From an uncultured Collinsella sp. (GTDB taxonomy: Bacteria > Actinomycetota > Coriobacteriia > Coriobacteriales > Coriobacteriaceae), in the NCBI GenBank assembly GCA_959605475.1, contig CAUHFS010000002.1, positions 48 to 64,047 of the forward strand: DNA of 64,000 nucleotides, read 5' to 3'. Shown here in pieces: positions 46,435-56,114 of the stretch (position 1 is its first letter; each line of letters begins with the position of its first letter). The notes below the pieces were generated by a model, which had not been told where the DNA came from, ran no database searches, and saw nothing but the letters and a program-made list of their open reading frames with translations. The translations under genes were made by a program, and so were the position numbers.

Positions 46435-47284
46435 GTTTGAGTTCAACAAGGGCAAGATGGTCCCGTATCCTTCTGGCGCCATCGTTCCCGACCGCGACCT
46501 GGGCGAGCGCCCGGCACTCGAGTGCATCCACCTGGGCATTGAGTTCGGTGGCCTTAAGGCAGTCGACGACTTTAGCCTGACTATCGGCAAGACCGAGATC
46601 GCCGGTCTCATCGGCCCCAACGGTGCCGGTAAGACCACGGTCTTCAACCTGCTCACCAAGGTGTATCAGCCCACGCACGGCACCATCCTGCTCGACGGCG
46701 AGGACACCTCTGGCAAGTCGGTCTATCAGGTCAACCGTATGGGCATCGCCCGTACCTTCCAGAACATTCGCCTGTTCAACACCATGACGGTGGAGGACAA
46801 CGTTAAGGTCGGCCTGCACAACCAGGAGCGCTACTCCGGCTTTGAGGGCGTGCTGCGCCTGCCGACGTATTGGAAGCACGAGAAGGCCGCCCACGAGCGT
46901 GCCATGGAGCTGCTGTCCATTTTTGACATGGAGCACCTGGCAAATGAACAGGCCGGATCGCTGCCTTACGGCGCTCAGCGTCGTCTGGAGATCGTCCGCG
47001 CGCTTGCCACCAACCCCAAGCTGCTGCTGCTCGACGAGCCTGCCGCCGGCATGAACCCGTCCGAGACCGCGGAGCTCATGGAGAACATCGTTAAGATTCG
47101 CGACACCTTCGGCATTGCCATCATGCTTATCGAGCATGATATGTCGCTCGTTATGAACATCTGCGAGGGCATCTGCGTGCTCAACTTTGGTAAGGTCATC
47201 GCCAAGGGCACGGCAGAGGAAATCCAGAACAACGACGCTGTTATTGAGGCATATCTGGGCAAGCAGGATAAGGGGGAGAACTAA
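46424..47284 (+). CDS. livG: BCAA ABC transporter ATP-binding protein
   Basis: GPNGAGKTT, ARTFQNIRLF, LPYGAQRRLEI and LLDEPAAG motifs. Confidence 0.94.
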   Translation: MPSKFEFNKGKMVPYPSGAIVPDRDLGERPALECIHLGIEFGGLKAVDDFSLTIGKTEIAGLIGPNGAGKTTVFNLLTKVYQPTHGTILLDGEDTSGKSVYQVNRMGIARTFQNIRLFNTMTVEDNVKVGLHNQERYSGFEGVLRLPTYWKHEKAAHERAMELLSIFDMEHLANEQAGSLPYGAQRRLEIVRALATNPKLLLLDEPAAGMNPSETAELMENIVKIRDTFGIAIMLIEHDMSLVMNICEGICVLNFGKVIAKGTAEEIQNNDAVIEAYLGKQDKGEN

Positions 47285-47998
47285 ATGGCAGAGCTGATGC
47301 TTTCCGTCTACAACATCAACGTCTGGTACGGCGCCATCCACGCCATTAAGGACATCTCCTTTAACGTTAACGAGGGCGAGATCGTGGCCTTGATTGGTGC
47401 CAACGGTGCCGGCAAGTCCACAACGCTCAAGACCGTCTCGGGCCTGCTGCGTTCCAAGACCGGTTCCATCAAGTTTATGGGCGAGGACATTACTCATACG
47501 CCCGCTGATAAGCTGGTTGGTAAGGGCCTGGCTCAGGTTCCCGAGGGTCGTCGCGCCTTTTTGCAGATGACGGTCGAGGAGAACCTGGAGATGGGTGCCT
47601 ATACGCAGCCCAAGTCCACGGTGGCTCCGGGCCTGGAGCGCGTCTACGAGCAGTTCCCGCGCCTGAAGGAACGTCGTCGCCAGGTCGCCGGCACCCTTTC
47701 AGGCGGCGAGCAGCAGATGCTCGTTATGGGGCGCGCCCTTATGAGTAACCCCAAACTGCTCATGCTCGACGAGCCTTCCATGGGTCTGGCACCGATTCTG
47801 ATCGAACAGATCTTCCAGATTGTCGAGGACTTGCACAAGGCCGGTACCACGGTGCTTCTGGTCGAGCAAAACGCGCAGATGGCGCTTTCCATCGCCACAC
47901 GCGGTTACGTGCTCGAGACCGGCAAGATCACCATGACCGGCACTGGTCAAGAGCTGCTGCACGACGACAACGTCCGCAAAGCTTACTTGGGCGGCTAG
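47285..47998 (+). CDS. livF: BCAA ABC transporter ATP-binding protein
   Basis: GANGAGKST, VPEGRR, LSGGEQQML and DEPSMGLAP motifs. Confidence 0.95.
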   Translation: MAELMLSVYNINVWYGAIHAIKDISFNVNEGEIVALIGANGAGKSTTLKTVSGLLRSKTGSIKFMGEDITHTPADKLVGKGLAQVPEGRRAFLQMTVEENLEMGAYTQPKSTVAPGLERVYEQFPRLKERRRQVAGTLSGGEQQMLVMGRALMSNPKLLMLDEPSMGLAPILIEQIFQIVEDLHKAGTTVLLVEQNAQMALSIATRGYVLETGKITMTGTGQELLHDDNVRKAYLGG

Positions 47999-48049
47999 GG
48001 ACTTCCGCCGTTCTGCCGAACGGCGGACCGGCCGACGCTGCGCGGGCGC

Positions 48050-48185
48050 CCTGATCGACGTGCCGAAGCTCCTCACCCTTGGGGCTATGCCGCGGTACGA
48101 GGCCAGGTGGTCATGGTCCGGGAACCTCGCGATGTCGAATGACACCGCGAGGTTCGCCGCCGTCCTCGGCGGCCTCGACCCCCGA
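48050..48185 (-). pseudogene. IS110-family transposase fragment (Transposase_20 region)
   Basis: RTAANLAVSFDIARFPDHDHLASYRGIAPRVRSFGTSI fits the IS110 D..RF....LASY.G.AP....SG motif; no flanking domains. Confidence 0.65.
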
Positions 48186-48346
48186 GTGGGCGATCCCCAC
48201 GCGCTAACGCCTGCAAACAAGGGGATTGCCAAGACGCCGCCGGGCACCTCCGTCATAGACGTGGAAGTGCGGCCGCGCTGAAGCACTGCGCGGTGTCTGC
48301 TCGCTTATGTGCGCATCACGAAGGAAGACCAGATCGGTGAGCGGGA

Positions 48347-48507
48347 TTGGCCCGAAGTCGAGAGATTCCCATCAGCCTCTCGTCGGTCGATGACCGGTTC
48401 ACCACGCAGGAAGAGCGTGACGGAAGGTCTCGCAAAAAGGCTCCGAGCGCGGCGTGCTCATGCCCGTCGTGGTGCGCCCGAAGGGGGGACGGCTGCTACG
48501 AGCTCGA
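48347..48507 (+). pseudogene. Decayed ParB/Spo0J-like N-terminal fragment
   Basis: MARSREIPISLSSVDDRFTTQEERD and, across frameshifts, RGVLMPVVVRPK / GDGCYEL resemble ParB N-termini of integrative elements. Confidence 0.45.
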
Positions 48508-48771
48508 TCATTTGCGAGGAGAAGACGAACCAGTCGTTGCAGATCCAATATGGATCTCGCCGACCTCGGCAAGCTGCTCGATGAGTGGAAGCCCTGTCGG
48601 GTCGTCTATTTCAACACCACCCAGAATGATGGTGTCATCGCGCAGGTCGATCTGCGTGTTGAGCACAGCGAGGTTAAAGCCGGAGGCCACAAATCCGATA
48701 GCAGCCAGGACGAGCCCCGTGGCAACAAGCCCACCCGCTACGGCAAGGTAAATCCTTTTTACGCTGGACAT
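48508..48771 (-). CDS. Small membrane-anchored hypothetical protein (possibly truncated)
   Basis: AGGAAGGAG RBS and N-terminal TM segment; third gene of the PadR operon; ends where the ParB-like remnant ends. Confidence 0.6.
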   Translation of the reverse strand: MSSVKRIYLAVAGGLVATGLVLAAIGFVASGFNLAVLNTQIDLRDDTIILGGVEIDDPTGLPLIEQLAEVGEIHIGSATTGSSSPRK

Positions 48772-48785
48772 GTTTGCACTCCTTC

Positions 48786-49418
48786 CTATGCCGTGAGCGG
48801 CGCCGCTTCGGCGCCCATGCGGCTCTTATTGCCTCGATCTTTCCAGAAGGGCGAAACGGCTTTCTTCGCCCAAAGGGCAGAGAGGCGCGCGATCTGCTTG
48901 GACGCCGTCCAGGCGCCGGCTCCCGTGAGGAGCGCCACACCGATGGAAGCGAATCCCATTCCCATCGAGGCCAAAACGTACGGAACATGCCCGATAATGA
49001 TGCCGTCCACGGCGAACAGGAGCCCTACCAGGCCCGCGCCCCCGAATGCCGCGGCCACGATCCACACGCAGAGCGCAAGAACCCAAATACAGATGTAGAC
49101 TGCAGCGGCAACGGCGACGAACGCGAGCAGCAGCGGAATCCATACCGGAGAGCCCACGATGGCGAGCGCCCATAGAAGTGCCGTGCTCTTGCGCTTGGTC
49201 CTCGCGATCGCGCGCGGCACGGCGGGCAGTTCGTCGAGCGTTGCCTCGGCGACCTCACCGGGCGTGCCCATGGCGGCCACAGCCTCGGCCTCCGTCATGC
49301 CGTCCTCCATACGGTCGGCGATGGCCTCCGCGTAGAACTCCTGCGTTTCCTTTACCTGATCTGCCGGCAGGCAGGCCAGAAGCTCGCCCAGCCGGTTCAA
49401 GAACTCATCGCGCGTCAT
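48786..49418 (-). CDS. DUF1700 family membrane protein
   Basis: MTRDEFL..L...L..LP...FY...I.DRMEDGMTE.EAVA.MG.P..VA followed by TM segments. Confidence 0.88.
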   Translation of the reverse strand: MTRDEFLNRLGELLACLPADQVKETQEFYAEAIADRMEDGMTEAEAVAAMGTPGEVAEATLDELPAVPRAIARTKRKSTALLWALAIVGSPVWIPLLLAFVAVAAAVYICIWVLALCVWIVAAAFGGAGLVGLLFAVDGIIIGHVPYVLASMGMGFASIGVALLTGAGAWTASKQIARLSALWAKKAVSPFWKDRGNKSRMGAEAAPLTA

Positions 49419-49725
49419 GGTGCGCCCCCTCCACGTAACGGTAGATCTCCTGCACGGATGGCCATTCGGCGAGGAACTCGGCGATACGCTCGCGCCCGGC
49501 GTCCGTGATGCGGTAGTACCTCCGCAGCCGCCCGTTGTGCTCGGCGGAGCGCGCGGTGATGCAGCCCGCCTTCTCCAGGCGCTTGAGCAACGGATAGAGC
49601 GTGGATTCCGTGAACCCCATACTCGCGGGCACGTCCTTCACGATCTGATAGCCGTAGGATTCCTCGCCCGAGACGGCCGCGAGCACGCAGGCCTCGAGGA
49701 AGCCGCGCTTCATCTGTGCCTTCAT
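49405..49725 (-). CDS. PadR-family transcriptional regulator
   Basis: SYGYQI, ESTLYPLLKRLE and GRLRRYYRIT.AG motifs; AAAGGAGG RBS. Confidence 0.93.
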   Translation of the reverse strand: MKAQMKRGFLEACVLAAVSGEESYGYQIVKDVPASMGFTESTLYPLLKRLEKAGCITARSAEHNGRLRRYYRITDAGRERIAEFLAEWPSVQEIYRYVEGAHHDAR

Positions 49726-49747
49726 CCGCACACCTCCTTTCGTAGTA

Positions 49748-49791
49748 TACTATGTAACACCTACTATATGACACATAGTATATGATGTCAA
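49748..49791 (-). promoter_or_regulatory. Sigma-70 promoter TTGACA-N17-TATAGT overlapped by TACTAT repeats (candidate PadR operator)
   Basis: -35 at 49786-49791 and -10 at 49763-49768; tactatgt/acatagta inverted repeat and a tactat.t.acac-like direct repeat. Confidence 0.75.
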
Positions 49792-49830
49792 CAGTTGTCG
49801 TATAGGGAGTCCGGTCTGTCTGTCCCCTGC

Positions 49831-49884
49831 GGGTACTCATTGGGGACGTACTTACTCATTGGGGACGTACTTAAATGAGTACCC
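49831..49884. repeat. REP-like palindrome containing an exact 19-bp tandem duplication
   Basis: tactcattggggacgtact at 49834-49852 and 49853-49871; arms gggtactcatt/aatgagtaccc. Confidence 0.7.
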
Positions 49885-50028
49885 ATCGCTCAAGGTGGCA
49901 CCTGGGGACGTTCCTTATGTGCCGGCACTTTGGGACACTCCTTGTCAAGGTTTTGTTCCATCGTGCGGGTTGCTATTTAACGTGCGACAATGCCGTGTGA
50001 AAATCGAAATGTCTCCTGGGGGCTATCT

Positions 50029-50706
50029 ATGCTGTACGAGTTTTGTGCCGAGAACTTTGAGCGTGTGCCGGCGGCTATCGATGCCGGTACTAAGCGCATC
50101 GAGTTGTGCGACAACCTTGCCGTCGGTGGTACCACGCCCTCGGCCGGCGTTATCAGCACTACGGTCAGCTATGCTCACGAGCATGACGCGCGAGTGATGT
50201 GCATGATTCGCCCGCGTGGCGGTGACTTTCACTACAACCAGGACGAGCTGCGCATGATGGAGATGGACTTGGGTCTTGCCGTGAGCGCCTGCGTTGACGG
50301 CCTGGTCTTTGGCTGCTGCAAGCCCTGTGCCGGCGGCTGGGCGCTCGACGAGCTCACCCTCGGCGCCCTCGTGATGGCTACGGGCTGCGCGACCGAGGAG
50401 TGCAAGCGCGGGGCCATCGATATCACCTTTCACATGGCCTTTGACCAGCTCTCGCTCGAGGCTCAGCTCGATGCCATTGACACACTCGCCGACTGCGGCA
50501 TCACGCGCATCCTGACGCATGGTGGTGCTGCCGGAACGCCGATCGAGGACAACCTGGAGCACCTGTCGCGTCTTGTCGAGTATGCGGGCGACCGCCTGAC
50601 CATTCTTCCCGGTGGCGGCATTTCCACGGCCAATCGCGATACCGTGGCGGCGGCACTGGGCGTCTCCGAACTCCATGGCACCAAGATCGTGCCGCTGGAG
50701 GTATAA
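50029..50706 (+). CDS. cutC: Copper homeostasis protein CutC
   Basis: EFCAEN, RIELCDNLAVGGTTPS, MIRPRGGDF, TFHMAFD and RILTHGG motifs. Confidence 0.93.
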   Translation: MLYEFCAENFERVPAAIDAGTKRIELCDNLAVGGTTPSAGVISTTVSYAHEHDARVMCMIRPRGGDFHYNQDELRMMEMDLGLAVSACVDGLVFGCCKPCAGGWALDELTLGALVMATGCATEECKRGAIDITFHMAFDQLSLEAQLDAIDTLADCGITRILTHGGAAGTPIEDNLEHLSRLVEYAGDRLTILPGGGISTANRDTVAAALGVSELHGTKIVPLEV

Positions 50707-50709
50707 CCC

Positions 50710-51510
50710 GTGGCGCTGGTATTTGACGTTCAGCAGGCGAACGGTAAGCCCGACGACAACCGTCGTCCCGGCACCGCGTGCCCCTTTTGCGATACCGAGG
50801 AACTCGCCAATATCATCCGGCGCGACGGTGGCTGCATCTGGCTCGAGAATAAGTTTAAGACCTTGCGGGCCACTCGCCAGACCGTATTGATTGAGTCGTC
50901 CGACCACGACGCCGACCTGGTGACCTATGCGCCGGACGAGCTGCATCATGTTATGCGGTTTGCCCTGGATTGCTGGCAGCGGATGATTGACTCCCGACAG
51001 TATCGCAGCGTTCTCATGTACAAGAACAAGGGTCCGCTCTCGGGCGGTAGTCTCGTTCATCCGCACATGCAGATTGTGGGTTTGGAGCAGGAAGACGGCT
51101 ACACTTCGCTGACTTCTGCCAATTTCGAAGGCATCAATGTCTGGCAACAGGGGAGAATCTCGGTCAATATCTCAACCGAACCGATCATGGGGTTCTTTGA
51201 GATCAACGTTTCAGCCCCGCAGGGAATCGCCGCCAGCGATGACGCACGAGACCAAGCCGAGGCGGATCTCTTTGCCGATGCGATCCAGGTAGCTCTGCGC
51301 TATATCCTAAACGAGCACCACGGTGGTCGCGCAGAGTCGTACAACTTGTTCTTCTATCACCTGGGCGGTCGGACCATTGCCAAGGCGCTGCCGCGTTGGG
51401 TGGTTTCGCCCTACTTTGTCGGCTATCGTTTGGCCCAAGTCAATGCCGAGACGACGCTCGATATCGATGCTGAGCGCCTGCGCATGCATTTGGAAACGCT
51501 CACGTCGTAA
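50710..51510 (+). CDS. GalT/HIT-like protein (DUF4931-type)
   Basis: CPFC, NKF and NKGPLSGGSLVHPHMQI (HxHxQ) motifs. Confidence 0.8.
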   Translation: MALVFDVQQANGKPDDNRRPGTACPFCDTEELANIIRRDGGCIWLENKFKTLRATRQTVLIESSDHDADLVTYAPDELHHVMRFALDCWQRMIDSRQYRSVLMYKNKGPLSGGSLVHPHMQIVGLEQEDGYTSLTSANFEGINVWQQGRISVNISTEPIMGFFEINVSAPQGIAASDDARDQAEADLFADAIQVALRYILNEHHGGRAESYNLFFYHLGGRTIAKALPRWVVSPYFVGYRLAQVNAETTLDIDAERLRMHLETLTS

Positions 51511-51537
51511 GGCGAACATCCGCGTAATGCGGACAGT

Positions 51538-52536
51538 CTAGCGTGCCATGGCGTCGCGGCTGGCTTCGACCCGCTCGCGCTGTTTGGCGCGCTCTTCGCC
51601 GGTTAGGCGCTCAAAGAGATGTCCGATAATCGAGGCCAACACCTGCTGAAACAACGTCCCGCACATGACGGGAAACACGACTTCGCCGGGAAAATACTGT
51701 GTGGCGATGACGGCGCCCGAAGAGATATTGCGCATGCCGCAGGTAAAGCACATGGTGGTCGTCTCGCTATACGGCAGATGCAGGGCACGTGCGACCAGAA
51801 AACCGACGACAAAGCCGCTGATGGCGAAGGTCAAAATAAAGAGGGCGACTTCCAGACGCATCGCGTTCATGTGCAGGACGTACTCGCTCATGGCGGTGGA
51901 GTTGGACGCGATGACACCCATCATCATAAACTTGCAGGCGGGCGAGAGCGCGGGGGAGAGTTTCTCGTGTCCCCATCCGCGCGTGAGTTCGTTGATCACG
52001 ATGCCGAGCATGGCGGGGATGGCGATCATAAAGGCCATGTCTTGCATCATGCCCGGAACATCGATTGCAACGGTGGCACCCAGCAGGAGCTTAAGCGTGA
52101 GCGGAATCGTGACGGGCGAGATGACCGAGGACGTCAGGATGATGGTGAGCGCGAGCGGGCCGTTGCCGCCAAACATGCTAATCCACATAAAGGCGGTGAC
52201 TGCCGCGGGTACGCTGTACTCGAGCACGATGCCGCAGACAAGGTTTGGGTTGGAACCAAAGAACAGTGAGCCCATGGCATACGCCGCGATGGGGATGAGC
52301 ACGGCCGAGACAAATAACGCCAAAATCAAATGTAGGGGACGGCGGAACACCTCGGCCACCTGGTGAAAGGTGTTGCTGAGCGCACCTTGGAACGTCATAA
52401 AGGCAAACAGGGCGGGAGCGATTGGCTTGAGCACGCCGATCTGCTGGGGAAAGAGCACGCCGAGCGTCACGCAAATCGGAACGATGACCTGCATGTGCCC
52501 CGCGAGAAACTTGCCCAGTCCAACCCATTGCTTCAT
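51538..52536 (-). CDS. Bile acid:sodium symporter family protein
   Basis: P...TAFMW....GGN..LAL, SPVTIP and GMRNISSG motifs; multi-TM. Confidence 0.85.
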   Translation of the reverse strand: MKQWVGLGKFLAGHMQVIVPICVTLGVLFPQQIGVLKPIAPALFAFMTFQGALSNTFHQVAEVFRRPLHLILALFVSAVLIPIAAYAMGSLFFGSNPNLVCGIVLEYSVPAAVTAFMWISMFGGNGPLALTIILTSSVISPVTIPLTLKLLLGATVAIDVPGMMQDMAFMIAIPAMLGIVINELTRGWGHEKLSPALSPACKFMMMGVIASNSTAMSEYVLHMNAMRLEVALFILTFAISGFVVGFLVARALHLPYSETTTMCFTCGMRNISSGAVIATQYFPGEVVFPVMCGTLFQQVLASIIGHLFERLTGEERAKQRERVEASRDAMAR

Positions 52537-52811
52537 ATGCTCTTGTGACTCCCTTTGCTCGTGAATCCGTTTTGAATGGATATGCTAGACGCTTGCATGC
52601 GTCCGTGCGTCAGAAACGCTCGATTATTTCGAGGGTATTACCGCCCTCGTTTATCGAAACCGCGGCGTGCTGGACGTTGTACGTCCGTGCCGCACGGTAT
52701 AATTAATCCGTTCAACAGATCTGCCTGCCGAAGCGGGCATACACAGAGGACTCATCGCTATGAACCGTGAGAGGTATCGCGGCGACCTGCCCCTATCGGG
52801 GGTGGGCGCCT

Positions 52812-55800
52812 ATGTCATCGCTTAAGACGACGCATCGCTGGGCGGTCGCTCGGCAAAACCCCGAGCTCGAAAAGGAGCTTTCGGCTGGCCTGGGCATACC
52901 CGGGCTGGTGGCGCGCATTATGGTTGCGCATGGCATCACATCCATCGAAGAAGGCCAGCTGTTTTTGACGCCTTCGCTCGATCGCGACTGGGCCGACCCG
53001 CTCGTTATTCCGGGCATGGCGGTCGTCGCCGACCGCGTCGAGCGTGCTATTCGCAACCACGAGCACATTGCGGTCTTTGGCGATTTTGACGTCGACGGCA
53101 TTACGTCGACTTGTCTGTTGACCGAGGCGCTACGTTCGTTTGGCGCCAACGTCACGCCGTTTATTCCGCATCGCTTTGACGAGGGCTACGGCCTGTCGCG
53201 TGCGGCGCTCGACCGCGTCAACGAGCTCGCCCAACCCAACCTGATCGTGACCGTCGATAACGGCATTGCCGCCAAGGAGGAGGTCTCCTATCTGGAGAGC
53301 CTGGGGATCGATTTGGTGGTCACGGACCATCACGAGCCGTCCGACCAGGTGCCGCAGGGCGTGCCCCTGACCGACCCCAAGCTCGAGGACGAGGGTCCCT
53401 CGCGCGAGCTTGCCGGTGCCGGTGTGGCGCTCAAGCTGGTGCAGGTCCTGGGCGAGCGTTTGGGCAAGCCGTCGTATTGGCGTTCGCTGATCGAGGTCGC
53501 GGCGCTGGGCACCGTGTCCGACATGATGCCGCTCACGCCCGAGAATCGCGCACTGGTCGCCGAGGGCATCCAACAGATGCGCGTGACGGCCCGTCCCGGC
53601 TATATCGCGCTTGCCGCACTTGCCAAGGCCGACCTTTCTACCATTACGGCCGACGGCCTGTCGTTTTCGCTCATCCCTCGTCTGAATGCTGCCGGCCGCA
53701 TGGCTGATCCCAAGCTGGCGCTCGACCTGCTGCTTGCCCGCGATCCTATCGAGGCAAGTGCACTGGCAGCCGAGCTCGAGGAAATCAACCGTCAGCGCCG
53801 CGAGATCGAGGCGGAGCTCACACGCGACGCCATGGCAAAGGTCGAGGAGACCTATGACGGCGATCGCGCAATCGTCGTGGGTGGCGAGGGCTGGCACGAG
53901 GGCGTCAAGGGTATCGTAGCGAGCCGCCTGACCAACCGTTATCACGTGCCGGCGCTGCTCTTCTCGATTGAGGACGGCGTTGCGCGCGGATCGGGTCGCT
54001 CGGTGGGCAAGGTCAACCTGTTCGACGCCGTCGAGCGTTGTTCCGACCTGCTGATTCGTCGCGGCGGACATGCCGGTGCGGTGGGTGTGACCATCGAGGC
54101 ATCCAAGCTCGATGAGTTCCGCCGCCGCCTTTCCGCCGTGCTATCGGAGCTTCCCGCCGAGGACTTTGAAGACACCGACGAGGTCGCCGCCACCGTCGAC
54201 CTTTCCGAGCTGAATATCGAGACCATCGAGCAGATCTCCCGTCTTGAGCCGTTTGGCCAGGGCAACAAGGTGCCGCTGCTGGCTGCCGAGGGCGTGACGA
54301 TGTGCGACCGCGCCGTGGTGGGCAAAACCGGCGAGCACATGCGCTTTGTGGCGACCGATGGCGCCGCGAGTGTGCCGGCCATTATGTTCCGCGTGCCGCA
54401 AATCGATAAGCTCATCAACTGCGATAGCGCTGTCGACTTGGTGTTCGAGGCCGTTGCCGAGCATTGGCAGGGGCGTGTGAAGCCCAAGCTCATGATCAAG
54501 GATGTTCTGGTCCGCGATACCGCGCTGCCCAGCGTCGACGATCCGGCATGCGAGCTTCGTCGTGGCGTGCAGCCGGCGGATTCCGGCCTGCGCCTGGAGT
54601 CGCGTAAGCGCGAGACGCTCGCCCAGCTTTCCTATACCGAGCTCACGCGCTCGCTTATCCATAGCTTTATCGGATCGAACCAGCCGCACCGCGCGCAGGT
54701 TGAGGCGCTCGATGCCTTGGCCGACCACCAGAGCGTCTTGGCCGTTATGGGAACGGGCCGCGGCAAGTCTCTCATCTTCCATGTACATGCTGCGCGCGAG
54801 GCTGTCCTTCGCGGACGTGCGAGCATCTTTGTCTATCCGCTGCGTGCGCTTGTTGCCGACCAGGCCTATCACCTCTCGTCGACGATGGCAGCGCTTGGCA
54901 TTGGCGTTGGCGTGCTGACCGGCGAGACCGTGGAGGCCGCACGCGATGATGTGTTCGCCGGCCTAGCTTCGGGCCGCACCGGTATCGTGCTCACGACGCC
55001 CGAGTTCCTATCTATCCACCGTGACCGCTTCGCGCGTTCGGGCCGCATCGGCTTTGTCGTTATCGATGAGGCGCACCACGCCGGCCTTGCCAAGGGCGGC
55101 GACCGCAGCGCCTATCTCGACATGCCCGATATCCTCAAAGCCCTGGGCGACCCGGTTGTTATGGCTGCGACGGCCACCGCGACGGCTCCGGTCGTGGCCG
55201 AGCTTGCCCGCATGCTGCCGATTACTCGCACGGTGGTCGACGAGACGGTGCGCGAGAACCTGCAGCTCGAGGACGACCGCGACCTTGCGAGCCGCGAGAA
55301 CCGTTTGGTGTCGATCGTGGCGACGGGGGAGAAGACCGTCATTTACGTCAATTCGCGCGACCAGTCCGTGGCGCTCGCCAAGACGTTGCGCAAGCGTGTG
55401 CCCGATTGCGCAACCCATATCGCGTTCTATAACGCGGGGCTTGCGCGCTCCGATCGCCGCCGCGTGGAGGAAGCATTCCGAGACGGAAGCCTCAGCTGCA
55501 TCGTCTCGACCTCTGCCTTTGGCGAGGGCGTCAACCTTCCCGATATTCGCCATGTCGTGCTCTATCACATGCCGTTTGGCGCGATTGAGTTTAACCAGAT
55601 GAGTGGCCGCGCCGGTCGCGATGGACAGCCCGCCGTGATTCACCTGCTCTATTCGTCGCGCGACGCCCGCATTAACGAGCGCCTACTCGACTGCTATGCG
55701 CCCGAGCGCGACGAGCTCGTCACGCTCTATCGCGCGCTGCAAACCATGTGGCGCTCCAACCGCGGCAAGACCGGGGACGATTCCTTTAGCGCGAGCGATA

Positions 55801-56099
55801 TCGACATCGCGCAGATGTGCCTTGCCATCGATGCCCGCACGCCGGTCGACGAGCGCTCGGTGGAAAGTGGCCTGGGAATCTTCGAAGAGCTTGGCTTCTG
55901 TCGCGTTTCGGGGTTTGACGACACCCGTCGCATCGCGATGGCCGAAAACCCCGGCCGTGTGCAATTGAGCAGGTCAATTCGCTATTTGGAGGGCTTGCGT
56001 TCGCGCATGGAGTTCTCGGCTTTCCGGAGTTGGGCGCTCGATTCGTGCGCTTCTGATATGCTAGCCAAAGTTAACCGCCCGATCGTACCGCGGGCCTAG
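52812..56099 (+). CDS. recJ: RecJ ssDNA exonuclease fused to a C-terminal RecQ-like SF2 helicase
   Basis: GDFDVDG, TVDNG, TDHH, PRLNAAGR, GSGRS and GGH (RecJ); then GTGRGKS, YPLRAL, DEAH, TATA, TSAFGEGVN and QMSGRAGRDG (helicase). Confidence 0.92.
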   Translation: MSSLKTTHRWAVARQNPELEKELSAGLGIPGLVARIMVAHGITSIEEGQLFLTPSLDRDWADPLVIPGMAVVADRVERAIRNHEHIAVFGDFDVDGITSTCLLTEALRSFGANVTPFIPHRFDEGYGLSRAALDRVNELAQPNLIVTVDNGIAAKEEVSYLESLGIDLVVTDHHEPSDQVPQGVPLTDPKLEDEGPSRELAGAGVALKLVQVLGERLGKPSYWRSLIEVAALGTVSDMMPLTPENRALVAEGIQQMRVTARPGYIALAALAKADLSTITADGLSFSLIPRLNAAGRMADPKLALDLLLARDPIEASALAAELEEINRQRREIEAELTRDAMAKVEETYDGDRAIVVGGEGWHEGVKGIVASRLTNRYHVPALLFSIEDGVARGSGRSVGKVNLFDAVERCSDLLIRRGGHAGAVGVTIEASKLDEFRRRLSAVLSELPAEDFEDTDEVAATVDLSELNIETIEQISRLEPFGQGNKVPLLAAEGVTMCDRAVVGKTGEHMRFVATDGAASVPAIMFRVPQIDKLINCDSAVDLVFEAVAEHWQGRVKPKLMIKDVLVRDTALPSVDDPACELRRGVQPADSGLRLESRKRETLAQLSYTELTRSLIHSFIGSNQPHRAQVEALDALADHQSVLAVMGTGRGKSLIFHVHAAREAVLRGRASIFVYPLRALVADQAYHLSSTMAALGIGVGVLTGETVEAARDDVFAGLASGRTGIVLTTPEFLSIHRDRFARSGRIGFVVIDEAHHAGLAKGGDRSAYLDMPDILKALGDPVVMAATATATAPVVAELARMLPITRTVVDETVRENLQLEDDRDLASRENRLVSIVATGEKTVIYVNSRDQSVALAKTLRKRVPDCATHIAFYNAGLARSDRRRVEEAFRDGSLSCIVSTSAFGEGVNLPDIRHVVLYHMPFGAIEFNQMSGRAGRDGQPAVIHLLYSSRDARINERLLDCYAPERDELVTLYRALQTMWRSNRGKTGDDSFSASDIDIAQMCLAIDARTPVDERSVESGLGIFEELGFCRVSGFDDTRRIAMAENPGRVQLSRSIRYLEGLRSRMEFSAFRSWALDSCASDMLAKVNRPIVPRA

Positions 56100-56114
56100 G
56101 GGAAGGGGACCTCG

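Noticed and set aside
48050..48300. Functional IS110 bridge-RNA recombinase system
   Set aside because: Only about 45 codons remain, the region of the catalytic SG motif reads SFG, there is no DEDD domain, and no element ends are identifiable.
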